Shown here: positions 33,241-46,700 of the stretch, piece by piece
How positions within the stretch are numbered: the first letter of the stretch is position 1
Layout of the letters: every line of letters starts with the position of its first letter
Assembly: GCA_043228905.1 (NCBI GenBank)
Contig: JBHGNT010000003.1
Span: 16,988,001 to 17,052,000 of the forward strand
DNA length: 64,000 bases
Direction of reading: 5' to 3'
Source of the DNA: Azolla caroliniana
Taxonomy: Eukaryota; Plantae; Polypodiophyta
Notes under the pieces: generated by a model
Told to the model about the DNA's origin: nothing
What the model saw: the letters and a program-made list of their open reading frames with translations, nothing else
Database searches by the model: none
Translations under genes and position numbers: made by a program

Positions 33241-34701
33241 GCATGGGAAAGAGAAGTTGAGATCTCAATTCAATCGTGTTGAGTGAGCAAGCTCAACCAG
33301 CTCTAGATCAGCTGAATAAGTGAGAGCCGGATCGGGGAGACGGATCGGTATCCGGATACAACTGGCTGGATCGGGGAGACGGATCGGTATCCGGATACAA
33401 CTGGCTGGATCGGGGAGACGGATCGGTATCCGGATACAACTGGCTGGATCGGGGAGACGGATCGGAGAACCAGATTCGAGCACGAACCGGAAGCCTAGTA
33501 GTAGCCTAGACTACTAGGTAATATTTGTCTCGTAGTTAGTGCTAGTCGCACGTAGGAATATTGAAGTACCTGTCAATACTTTTGTCAGTCCTTTATGGAC
33601 TTGTATAAATAGTGTTGTTATAGCACATTGTATGTACAGAGTTACCTGAGAGTGTTTTTTGAATCTACGTTTACGTTCTGCTCTCTCTATCTCTCCAGCG
33701 TATACTCTCTGTGTATTAAGCTTCTCCATTAAACCTTCATCTTTTTCATTGTTGCTATCCGACTGAGCCGGTTCTGTCTAACGCTTCCGCACGTTAACAT
33801 TCACATGGTATCAGAGCGCGAGGGTTGAGAACCTCTGCAGTTGACACTTGCTTTCCTAGACGAACCCTAGAATCCAATAAGAACAGACAGAGAAAGGTAT
33901 GGACAAACGTATGGCGAGTTCACTTCCAACAGAGAAGCTCGACTGGAACAACTATGCGTCCTGGTCATATAAAATGCACCAATACTTGCTGGGGCATGGT
34001 TATTGGAGCTACGTGGAACGAACGAATGAGGTAGCACCGGAGCTGACACACGATGACTTCCCGGTATGGGAACAAGGAGCGAGCCGTGTATTGTACTGCC
34101 TCGCGTCCTGTGTGCACGACCAAATGCTCGGCTACATAAAGGATGCAAAAACGCCGAATGAGGCCTGGGGAAATCTGAGGAAGATTTTTGCCGCGAGTAC
34201 CACAGCCTGTAAGTTGAAGCTCCAGCAAGAGTTGAACAACATCCTGCAAAGAGATATGTCGGTTACGGATTACACCACCAAGATAAAGGAGATTTGTGAC
34301 GCACTTGGGTCCATCAACGTGACGGTGGTCAAAGATGAGTTGGTACAAATCTTCCTCGGTGGTCTAGCGCAAAGGTACGGGCCAATCCGGACAGCGATCT
34401 GCACCCGGGAGAAGCCACTATCTTTCTTCGACTTGCAATCGATGCTGATGGTCGAAGAAAACCATGTGAGTGGTTGCGGACCACTCAATCGCACGGCCCG
34501 ATGCTGTACATGGAGACAGATTGGCCCCATGGACATGGTAGACGAGGTGGGTCAGCACGCAATGAAGGCGGCTGGCAAGAGCAGAACCGAAGGCACAAAG
34601 ATAGTGCCGATAGCAGTTTCGGACCCTCCACAAGTAGGGGGAGTCAAAGTGGCACCGGAAGCCTGCAAGGGAAAGCCAACACGGAATGCTAGTATTGTGG
34701 C

Positions 34702-37700
34702 TATTAGAGATCTAGGTACTAAAGTAAGCTTAAGATAAGGATAAACTAATGATAGATAGAAAGGAGAAAGAGAAAGAAGGGTGCCGATCCACCCGACCAC
34801 CCCTGAGCGAAGGGATCGAGACGGACTCAAGCCTCGATCGGCGTCCCATACCACCACCGTGGCATCGAGTCGTACCTAGTGTTGGTGCGCTCGGTACAAG
34901 AGTTGACCCACCACAAGAGCAGAGTCTCGATGTAGTCAAAAGATGATCAAATGAGGGTAGCTAGGCCTCTTATTTATAGCAACACCCAAGGCCCCCATGC
35001 AAGTTCACACTTGACCTAATGGGTTGTCTCAATCCCGAGGATTAAAAGTAATCCTCCCCTTCTTTACACTGTCGTTTAACCCTCACACTCATCCACGTGT
35101 ATAGAATACTACCGTAAATTCTCACCACGGGATATTAAATGGTCATGCCCGTAACATACTCCCCTTCTTTAAAACATTGCACTCTTGCAATGGAAAGTTA
35201 AGGAACTTTGTTCTTAGAGTATTCTCACGTTCCCATGTGGCATATTTGATAGATTTGTCCATCCATTTAATTTTAAATTCTCGGATTTCTTTAGTACGTA
35301 ACTTTTTTGTTTTAACATCGAGAATTCTTTTTGGTACATGTGGTTTTGAAGATAAATCTTCAGAAGTAACCAAAGTTTCAGTTGTAACTGTGTTGTCACC
35401 AAAACCTAGAAGTTCTTTTAGACGACTCACATGGAAGACTGGATGAATTCCAACACCATCGGGAAGAGCGAGACAATAAGCAAATGACCCAATGCGTTTG
35501 AGGACTGTAAAAGGTCCACAAAACCGTGGGGCTAATTTAGCGCACTTACCCGTAGACAATATCTTAGAATTGTGAGGTACACGTAAAAATACCTTCTGTC
35601 CAAGGTTGAATACACGAGGTTGCCTATGATGGTCGACATAAAAACGCGCTCTATCTTGAGTTGTTTTTATATTATCTCGTGCAATATGCAACATATCTTG
35701 CATATACCGAAGAAAGTTTTGCGTACTTCACAACTCATCATGATGTATATTAACATCAATCGGGGCTCGTGGCTGAAAACCATACATCAACATAAAAGGA
35801 CTATATCCCATTGACGTATGCTTGGAGCTGTTATAAGCAAACTCCAAAATTGGGAGATAACGTTCCCATTTTGTTGGTTTTGCACCAACGTATGCTCGAA
35901 GCATGTCCTCAATAATTTGATTTACTCGTTCTGTCTGTCCATCGGATTGAGGATGATCCCTGGAGCTCATGCTCAACGTGGTTTCTAACTTCTTAAAGAC
36001 TTGCGTCCAGAAGTCACTAGTAAACTTTGGATCTCGATCACTCACGATATCCATCGGTAACCCATAAAAACGAAATAATTCGTCAACGAATTGGTAAGCC
36101 AATTCAAGAGCTGTTACCGTGGTTTTAGTAGCAATAAATCTGGCCATTTTAGTTAGTCGATCAACGACAACCCAGATGGCATCATGACCTTTTTGGGTGC
36201 GAGGAAGGCTAACAATAAAATCCATGGATATACTTTCCCACTTATTATTGGGAATGTCCAAGGGATGTAAAAGTCCTGCGGCTTTAAGTCGCTCGACTTT
36301 GTTAACCTGACACTGGTGACATTTAGTCACATAGCTATGTATGTCAGGACGCATCTTAGGCCAATAAAATTGAGTGGAGATGAGAATGAGTGTACGATGT
36401 ATTCCAGGGTGCCCTGCTGAGGGTGCATCATGGCATTCAAAAAGAATCCTCTTTTTGACCTCGGGTAAATCTGGAACACAAACCTTCCCATTACTGTAGA
36501 GCAAACCGTTAGCAATGTGGAAGTATTCCTTCGAGGATGTGGTGGTGTCTGTTCTAGACTCAACTCTTGCCCAGTATTTTGCAAAATAACTGTCATCAGG
36601 ATACTTTCCTCGAAGGTGATCATAAAGATTTGATGTTATTTCAGTGAAGCTAAGCATGTTAACTTCACGGATGCCACTTAGTGCATCAGCGACAGTGTTC
36701 ATGGAACCTTTACGATATCATATGGAAAAATCAAAGTCCTGGATGAGATCAGCCCATCGTGCCTTACAACCTTTCAGGTCTTGTTGGTCACAAAAATATT
36801 TCAAGGACTCGTGGTCCGTAGTTACCACAAAGCGATTTCCATAAAGATAATGGCGCCATGTTTTGAGCGCATGTATAACTGCAAATAATTCCTTTTCTTG
36901 AACGGTATACCAACATTGAGCAGAAACAAGTTTCTTACCATCTTGATACAAGACAACACCTATAGCATAATCGTTTGCATCAATTTCAACCTCAAAAGGT
37001 TTTGAAGGATCAGGTAAAAGAAGTGAAGGAGCCTTGCAAACCAGGTCCTTGAGTTCCTTAAAGGCGAGGTCTAGTGTAGCATTCCACACAATAGGTTTTG
37101 TAGACTTACGTGTTTGACCTTTTAAAAGATCAGTAAATGGCGTCGTCAATTGGGAGTAATTACGAAGAGATTTTCGCAAAAACCCGACAAAACCAAGGAA
37201 GGATCGAACTTCTCGAATATTCCGAAGAGTGGGCCAAAGCTTGATTTTCTCGATGCGAGAAGGATCAATTTCAACTCCTCGTTCGGTTATGAGATGTCCA
37301 AGATAAGTAATTGATTTCTTGAAGAACTCACATTTTGAGATCTTCGCGTAAAACTGTTTGTCACGCAATGTTTGTAAAACAAAGCAGACATGTTTAGCAT
37401 GTTCTTGTAATGTACGGCTATAAACTAAAATATCATCCAAGAAAATAACGACAAATTTTCCAAGTTGTTCTCGGAAAATGTCATTCATTTCTTGTTGAAA
37501 TGTAGCCGGAGCATTGGTCAAACCAAAAGGCATAACCAAAAACTCATAATGGCCATAGCGCGTACGAAATGCCGTTTTAGGAACATCATCCTCACTTATA
37601 CGTATTTGATGGTAGTCAGTATGGAGATCAAGTTTCGTAAAATACCGAGCTCCCTGGAGACGATCAATTAGATCGTCAGCCCGGGGCAATGGATACAAAT

Positions 37701-40700
37701 TCTTGATCGTCACTTTATTCAAGCGTCGGTAATTAATACACATACGCCATGTGCCCTCTTTCTTTTTAACCAAGAGAACTGGTGCACCCCATGGAGATTT
37801 ACTATAACGTATATAACCCATTCGTAAATAGTCCTTGAGTTGCTTAGATACCTCATCCTCTTCGGATCGACTTAAGCGATAAGGAGGTATACTTATTGGT
37901 GCAACACGAGGTACAATATTTATACGATGGTCTATATTACGTTTAGGAGGTAAGCCATCTGGTAGTTCACTCGGAAAAACATCACGAAAATCATTTCAGA
38001 TTTCATCAAGTTGTTGTTGTTCAAAATATGTTAATTGAACCGAGACATTATCGATATTATAAACATGAATGTCCATATCAAGTACACAATAAAATAGAGT
38101 AGAACAAGACAACTCGGATATTGATGGACACTAGGAAACAATCAAGAGGGATTGTTTTTTTACACATTGAATAAAATGAGTACAATCGTTTAGTACAAAT
38201 GTAATTGAATGATGAACCCAATCAATAGATAAAGAAGAGTTTTTATTATAAATCCAGGGATAACCCAGTATTACATCGGTGGTACAAAGATTCATTACAT
38301 GGAAGTCTACTTCCTCTATATAAGTATCAATAGAAATTCCTAATGAATAAATCGCCTCGTTGATGTATTGTACTCTTCCATCAGCCAAGTGCACCATGTA
38401 GGTGTGATCACTTACGGTGGGTTGGATTCCCCATATCTGAACCAAACGATCATTCACAAAATTGTGTGAGCTTCCCGAATCAAATAAAAATTGTACGGGA
38501 GATCCATTGATATACCCGTTTGCACGTAGTAAATCATTGGGACCCAATACATAGTGAGGGAAAGAACATTGACGATTACTTAAATGATGTGTATAGACTT
38601 GAAGGACATTAGGAATCTGACCTTTATGGTCTGAAGCTTTAGGTTTGTTGTCGTGCGCTTTCTGTTGGAGCTTTCAACATTGCTCTTTTGTGTCACCCTT
38701 CTTTTTGCAGAATACACAAAAAGGATGTTGTCGCTTACAATCGCGATCCAGGAATTCATTGGGTGTCTTGCGTTTCCCAACAAATTGCGACTGCTTAGTC
38801 CCGAGTGCTTCGTTGAGTTTGTTGTGGTCCTTCTTCGAAGTGCGTTGATAGCGAAGAACTATTTCAACAGCCTCTTCGAAGGATTTTGGATCCTTATCGT
38901 GCACTATCCAATGATAGTCCGAATTGGGGATGCCATTGACAAAACAAGCTATCAACCAATTGTCCCCTTCTAGACCCGATTTTTGGATTTGGGTTCTAGC
39001 ATGGTGAACATAGTCTTCTAGCGAGGAAAATTTCCTACTAGAGAGGTTCATTAAAGCTTGTGTTGCCTCGGTTCGAGAGGGAGGTTGCAGAAATTGGCCC
39101 TTAAAAACCATGACAAAATCTGTCCAGGTATCGAGCAATTTCCCCATAGTACGAAGCCCATGTCACCAGGCGGCAGCCTTACCCCCGAGTTCTCGACCGA
39201 CATATGCAATCTTCGTACTATCTGGCATGGGATAGAGCTCAAAATGAGACTCCCATCGTCCCAGCCATGTGAAGATTGCTTCTTCGGTTCTTTCCTTTTT
39301 GTCTCCCGTAAATGGCTTAACGACAAATGATGGTTCACCTTGTCGCTCATCAGGTCTATTAGTCTCACGTTGTAGACTAATGACACGTGCCTCAAGAGCA
39401 CTCTGAGATTGCCGAAGTTCGGTCATCTGTTGAGCGGTGAAACTAAGGTATTGGGTTATTTGTGCCAAATACATCTTAATGGACATTTGTCCAGGAGGAT
39501 TCCCTTGAGTTCCTTCTGCTTGAGCGGATGACATCGGATCGTTAATTTGAGCCATTAAAGATTATTTCTGGAAAAGAAATAGGATAAGGTCAGAGAGATA
39601 GTAATAACATCATGTCGTGATGTAAGCATATCATGGGCAAACATTAATCGATATCATGATATCACGTCAATACCCCTCTAGACGTATGAGATGAGATTCA
39701 AGATCAGGTTACGATGGTAACACAAAGGTGTTTTAAAAACCATGGGGGTGACAATTTAATGTCTTTCCCTGATCTCTATATCGAGTTTTTCATGGCGGCT
39801 CCCCGAGGCTCAACCATGTATGTTCGCTTCATGAGTAGTTTATACACGAAAAAAATGTTAATAATAAACTATGTTTCTTTACCCACATATGTGGTTTCGG
39901 CTCTTTAAGTCCTATTACGAGGACCCCGAGGTGCACTTAGACCTTAAGTCTAAACATGTGTTATAGTCACATATGTATCAAGGATGTTGTATGGTCTTGG
40001 TCATATTTGAACTCGAGACCTCGAGAACAAATACATTAAACACTTGAGCCAACCAAGTAAGTTGCTCTTCTCGAATGCTTAATGTTTGATGCGTATAAGA
40101 GATATGCGAGGCATTTGATCATATATGTTTTTTTTAAAAGAACATATATGTCAAGGGTCCTTATTTCGCCCTCATTTACCAAAACTATGTTGGTACGTTA
40201 CCTAACCTCAAGTCTCGTAATTACGATGGCATATGCCAAAGTGCAACCTAATGGTCAAGCCAAATGAGCCCTCGTTTCGTAGTAGGCCCACGTGGCCCAT
40301 CACATGGTCACGTCATTACGAATGCCTCTCGTAAGAACGACCTCGTGATGGCATCGTATCCATGTAACGAGGGAGGGATGTTGGATACGTGTGTCATTGG
40401 AGTGACCTCACTTGAAGTGGGTCAAGCCCTACGTACTCAACATCATTATGGCTATAGGTGTTTCTTTACGTAACGAAATCGAGGTCATCAACGGGGTTGT
40501 CAACAATCAAAAATTGTTGAAAAAGGGATGGTGACAACGCCATTCTCACAAAAATGTGAGGACAGCCACCAACATCCTTTTCCCAACAAGGACAACTTTC
40601 GATATAATCACGCAATAACGAATATACACATATGTTTACTTATCACATATATACGATCAAATACGTATATACGTGACCACATATGCCTATATTAAACATA

Positions 40701-41700
40701 TCGTTATATTAAATAGCCACAAATGATGTGATCGAGATACGTAATCGAGGTATATACCTCTATGCACACGAAACATCCACAAATAAGAGATCATCGTAAT
40801 ACGCAATTGAGGTATTGACCTCTTACGCATACGAGACCAAACGCATATCCTTTACAACAAATCAACGTATTAAACTCATACGCAAATGTAACATATGTTC
40901 GTGAACGTAATACGTAATTGAGGTATTAACCTCGTACGCATACGACACTCATCACATATTATTTATATATCAAACGAGGTATTGACCTCGTGCACATATG
41001 TAAACGTTTTAGATAATCAATAAAAGACCACTACAATATCATTGACTTAATGAAAAAATGACATATAAACTAAACACATGATTAGATGGGAGAAGAGAGA
41101 ATAGAAAAAAAAATTACGGAAAGAGTTACCGAAGTTCTTTGTTGATCGTTGTCTGGATCAAGGCCGACCTCACATCGATCGATCACCATCAATCAAAAGA
41201 CAAAAGACAAACAAAGAAACATTAGTACATAGCTCTGATACCAAATATTAGAGATCTAGGTACTAAAGTAAGCTTAAGATAAGGATAAACTAATGATAGA
41301 TAGAAAGGAGAAAGAGAAAGAAGGGTGTCGATCCACCCGACCACCCCCGAGCGAAGGGATCGAGACGGACTCGAGCCTCGATCGGCGTCCCATACCACCG
41401 TCGTGGCGTCGAGTCGTACCTGGTGGTGGCGCGCTCGCTACAAGAGTTGACCCACCACAAGAGCAGAGTCTCGATGTAGTCAAAAGATGATCAAATGAGG
41501 GTAGCTAGGCCTCTTATTTATAGCGATACCCAAGGCCCCCAGGCAAGTTCACACTTGACCTAATGGGTTGTCTCAATCCCGAGGATTAAAAGTAATCCTC
41601 CCCTTCTTTACACTGTCGTTTAACCCTCACACTTATCCACGTGTATAGAATACTACGATAAATTCTCACCACGGGATATTAAATGGTCATGCCCGTAACA
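34702..41700 (-). mobile_element. Chromovirus (Ty3/Gypsy with chromodomain), decayed
   Basis: 455-bp LTRs 34702-35156 and 41246-41700. TSD GTGGC. tRNA-iMet PBS 41232-41243. PPT AAGAAGGGGAG. Gag 39555.., [31 protein letters not shown]-type HPQSDGQTER, chromodomain PKRILDVK...KIKW...ATWE. Confidence 0.94.
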
Positions 41701-42117
41701 GTGGCAAAAAGGGCCACAGGGAAAGCGAATGCTGGAAGAAGCGCGCCAATTTGGACAAATCCGAGTCTGGCAAAACCAGTCGGGAAAACCATCAAAGCTC
41801 GCACTACGCAGAAGGATCGGAGGGATCCAGAACCGGGAAGACCGGTAAAGGGCCAACCTTCGTGATGAAGCACAAGGCTAACTCAATGAAGAAGACTACT
41901 TCCAAATCGGAGGAAGTATGGCATGTTGATTCTGGAGCGTCCTACCACATGACGAGCCATGAAGAGTGGTTCTCCTTTTTGGAAAAACCGGAACAATCGG
42001 GGATTGTCGAAACCGGAGACGACACCCCTCACCCGATTGTGCATGTCGGAGAAGTCCCTTTAAGCCATGTTGGACAAAAAGGGAAGCTGATGAATGTACT
42101 ACACGTTCCGACTATCA

Positions 42118-42555
42118 TGTTGGCCGATTAGGCCAGAGTATGAAAGGGGAGACAATTTTGGGAGTTGTAATTAGATCAATTATGATAATTATAAGAGCGG
42201 ACAGACGGAATCAGAATCGGATGCCGATCCGGGTCTGAACCGGTTCATAGCCGGTTGCCAGTTGGCACTGGTTTGTAACCCAACCGGATACCTATAAAAG
42301 GATCTGGAGACGATGTAAGTAACAACGGATAATTAATAGAGAAGTGTTGTGTCTTTACATATTGTTTATCTTGTTAATACTGTTCTGTACTTAATGTGAT
42401 TATCATACGCATGTATCAAGTTAATCATTCCGGATAGTAACCGGGAAGGATCGGTTTTGTATTACGGTCTGCACATTCCTTACCGTACCACCCCTTTGGT
42501 GAAGTGTTCCATAGGGACACCCTATGTTAGTGGCTTGTCTAGCCCGGTGACAACA
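42118..42555. mobile_element. Solo LTR (438 bp) in Copia-3
   Basis: TGTTG...CAACA termini and perfect 5-bp TSD TATCA. Removal restores VPTITKNLVSV. Confidence 0.9.
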
Positions 42556-43040
42556 TATCACAAAGAACCTGGTGTCGGTTGGATAAATCGTCGACCAGGG
42601 GATGCAGGTGCGGCTTACGCACCTCGGGTACTTCATAGAGGAAGAAGGTCGGCTAATTGCGCAAGGGCATAGAGAAGGGAGAATGTTTATCCTCAACACT
42701 AATGACGTCGGCACTGCCATGTTTGCCAAGGGACAGAAGATTGAATCGAACATCGATCTCTAGCATAAGCAGATCGGCCACGTCAACTACCGGAGGCTTC
42801 AAGACTTGCAATCAAAACAAGTTGTGTTCGGATTGCCGAAATTCAGTGGCCAGAAGACACAAATATGTGAAGCCTGCCAACTCGGGAAGCAACACCGGAT
42901 TCCATTCCCCACCGAACGAAACCGGAGCCGTAACAAGCTCGACCTAATCCATTCGGATGTATGGGGACCGACATAGAACGTTAGTCTTGGTGGGAGTCCA
43001 TACTTAGTCTCCTTCATCGACGACTACAGCCGGCACACAT

Positions 43041-43758
43041 TGTCGTAGTGTATTTCATACACTACGTGAAAAATGTGTAAAATAACCGATTGAATAAATA
43101 TGAAGAAAAAGAAAGAAACATTGAAATATATGTTACATGCATAGGGCAAGATTCAAACCTTGTACCTCCATGTTAATAATTTGACATCTTACCATTACAC
43201 TAACACATCATGAGTATTAAAAAAGCAGATATCCCACATAGAAAGCTTATTTCAGGCATATTTTGTAGGAAAAAACTTTAGTTAGAAGAAAAAACCATGA
43301 TAAAAAAAGCCACATATACACATTTAACGTGCATGAACACTATAGTCGATAAAAACGCATGAGGTTAGAAAAAAAAGCATGATCACTTTTAGAAAAAGCA
43401 TGTTAGAGAAAGCATATAGTCTATAGATAGAGAAAAAGCATGGATTGCTAAGACTCTCTCATCACTATATAAGGATGTGGAGCACAATGTAATAAAGAAA
43501 TAAAATAAAATAAAATAATTATGGGCTGATTATTAGGGTCTAAATATTGATTAATATAATACTCGTGGGATTCACGAGGTTTTCAATTTCTCTTTTCAAA
43601 TCTATTCCTATTGATTCCAATCGAATCCAAAGTATGATTAGGGTTAAATATTAATAAAACTAAAAAAACTATATTCGTCTCAAATTCTTCCTCCTAGCCC
43701 AAAACCCCAACGGTTCCCACCCGACTCACGCAATGATTTGGCACCGAAAGGCACGACA
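43041..43758 (+). mobile_element. Solo LTR (718 bp), probably from the same Gypsy lineage as 9315-16875
   Basis: TGTCGT...ACGACA termini, 4-bp TSD ACAT/ACGT, and removal restores SRHTWIYL. Same layout as the Gypsy LTR: antisense tRNA-like module, GCATG cluster, TATA. Confidence 0.85.
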
Positions 43759-46700
43759 ACGTGGATCTACCTCACCGAGAGGAAGAGCGAAGTCTTCGAG
43801 TGTTTTCGGAACCTTCGAAGCTTGGTTGAACGGGAAACAAAGAGGAAGATCAAGTGCTTGTGGTCGGATGGCGGAAAAGAATACTTTTCCAGCCAAATCA
43901 ATAGTTATCTGCAACAGAACGGAATTCAAAGAGTATTCAGTTGTCGATACACATTGGAACAAAACAGTGTGGCCGAGAGAAAGAACCGGTCGATTGCCAA
44001 CGCGGCAAGGGCAATGCTGGAGGACAAGAGCATGCCCCAATTCTATTGGGCTGAGGCAGTCCGGACGGCCGACTACATCCAAAACCGGATCGGAGACAAG
44101 GTGTCAGCACATGAGTTGTATTTTGGGCAGAAGCCAAATTTGAGGCACCTTCGAATATTCGGTAGCATAGCATATGTGCATGTACCAGATGAGAAGCGGA
44201 AGAAGCTAGATCCGAAGTCGGAGAAGTGCATCCTAGTCGGTTACTCGCATGAGCAAAAGGGGTATAAGTGCTATAACCCCTGGACGAAGCAGGACCGAGT
44301 AAGCCGAGATGTTGAGTTCAACGAGACGGCATCGTGGTACTCTCTACCGACTCCGACTTCCGACTCCGACCAGACCAGTGAGCTTGAATCGGTCCAGATA
44401 GAAGATGACGAGGTTGAGACTCTAGAAGAGAGTCCGGAATCGTTTCGGTTGAGCAGACCGAACGAGCGACTGGGTAAAAGTGACTAGTCGGATGAGGAAT
44501 CGACAAGTAGTGGAGACTCTACCGTGCTCTCCCTGCGCAAGAAACCGAGGAGGCGGTTCACGCGCAAAGAGAAAGGGAAGAAGAAAATGTCGGAATACGA
44601 AACCGGCAATGTTGAGTTGGATTGGACCAAATCTGACTCCGGAAAGGGTAGCGAAGATGACGACGGTTCGTGTGGTACTGGCGGTTGTTGTGGCAGGGGG
44701 GTGGCATCTTCACCAAATGGACGTGAAGAATGTGTTTCTTCAAGGTGACCTTGAAGAACGGGTCTATATGATCCAACCCCCCAGTTTTCAAATGAACAAG
44801 TCAACGGTGTGCCAGCTTGGTGTGCCAGCTTAAGAAGTCGCTTTATGGTCTGAAACAAGCCCCCCGAACTTGGAATGTGAAGATCACGCACTGGTTGGGT
44901 AAGATGGGGTTTGTGACCTCTAAATCTGACTCATCGTTGTTCATCCGGTAAGGTCCGGATGGTGCGGTTTGCATCTTACTTTATGTAGATGATTTGGTCA
45001 TCACCGGACCCGAACTCAATGAAATCGGTCGTGTCAAGGCCCTGTTGTCAGACACATTTGAGATGAAGGGCCTGCGGGACCTTCATTATTTCCTTGGGAT
45101 CAAGGTGATCCGAACCCCCGACGGCATATTGCTTTCACAACGACACTATGTGTTGAATATGTTGTACAAGTTCGGCATGACAGAATGTCGACCTGTCTCC
45201 ACACCCCTAGACCAGAACCAAAAGCTCTGTCCCAACTTTGGACCAGCCTGCGATGAGAAATGGTTCCGACGAATAGTCGGAAGCCTTATCTACTTGAAAA
45301 TCACCCGACCTGACATCAGTTACCCGATCGGTGTGATTAGCCAATTCATGCAGAAGCTAACCGTGGAGCACCTTCAGTGCGCGTATCGAATATTGCGGTA
45401 GCACGAAGGACCGATGACTGTTATACCGACACGGTATAGCAGGGAAGCTAGTCGGATATACCGATGCTGACTGGGCTGGTGATGCATCGGATCGCCGATC
45501 CACCTCCGGTTACATTTTTTCTCTTGGTAGCACGGTTGTTGCATGGAGCAACAAAAAGCAGCCAACAGTGGTTCAGTCGAGCACTGAGGCTGAGAACCGG
45601 GGCACTACTAATCCCACTTGTGAAGCCATCTAGCTTCGGTGACTGTTGTGAGATCTCCGGATCGAGATGCCGACCCCGATCAACTGCGACAAGATAAGCA
45701 GCATACAACTTGCCAAGAACCATTTATTCCATGCTCAAACAAAGCACATTGAAGTGCATTATCACTTCGTGCGTGAGCGAGTCCTGAGCGGTGAAGTCGA
45801 ACTTCGGTATGTTCACACGGATCGGCAGGTTGCTGACATCTTCACCAAACCGCTCGGATAGGACAAGTTGCAACACTTCACCGAAATGCTTGGTGTTCAG
45901 CATCTCGACTTGCCGTACTTGAGGAGGAGAACGGGCAAAGGCAAAGAAACCAGTGCCATAACGTGCAAAGGCAAAGAAATTGCTGACGGCACCGGACAAG
46001 GAACCGGAAAGGGAAGAACCAACAAAGGCAGAGACAAGAGGAAAAAGGAGGCCGAGTCGACGAAGGAAGTTGGCACATTCGATCAAGTTGGAATGAGCGG
46101 CAACGGCAGCAGAGTCAAGAAGGACAGAGCCGACAAGAAGGAGAAGGCCAAGACCCAAACATGGTTTGATGTGGTGAAGGGCCTGAAACCGGAAGATGAG
46201 TTGGAGAACACCGACTCGAACAAGAGCGGGAACGAATTGGAGACAGCCGATTCGCTTCAACAGTTGGATTTGGAGAAGCCATATCAACTAAAGGCCAAGC
46301 AGACGAGAAGGCAACGGAAGTCAACACCGATACGGAGGAACTCATGGATCGACAAGCCCAGAGTCATAACAGCAAAGGAGTTGAAATGGGCCTGTTGAGC
46401 AGACAAGCCGACCAAGGAGGTTGAGGTGCATAGTACCGGACGGGTCGTAGGAAGCGGAACCGGACCAGACGTGGGGCGCGAGCAAGGCGGCAAGACATCA
46501 GAAGGAGCCGGAGGAAAGGAACGACTACTGCAAACATTGACATCACGCTCCGACCTCAAGTTGAGCTTGAGGGGGAGTGTTGAGTGACCAAGCTCAACCA
46601 GATCCAGATCGGTTGAATAATCCAGAGCCGGATCAGGGAGACAAATCAGAGAGCCGGATTCGAGCGCGAACCAAAAGCCTAGTAGTAACCTAGACTATTA

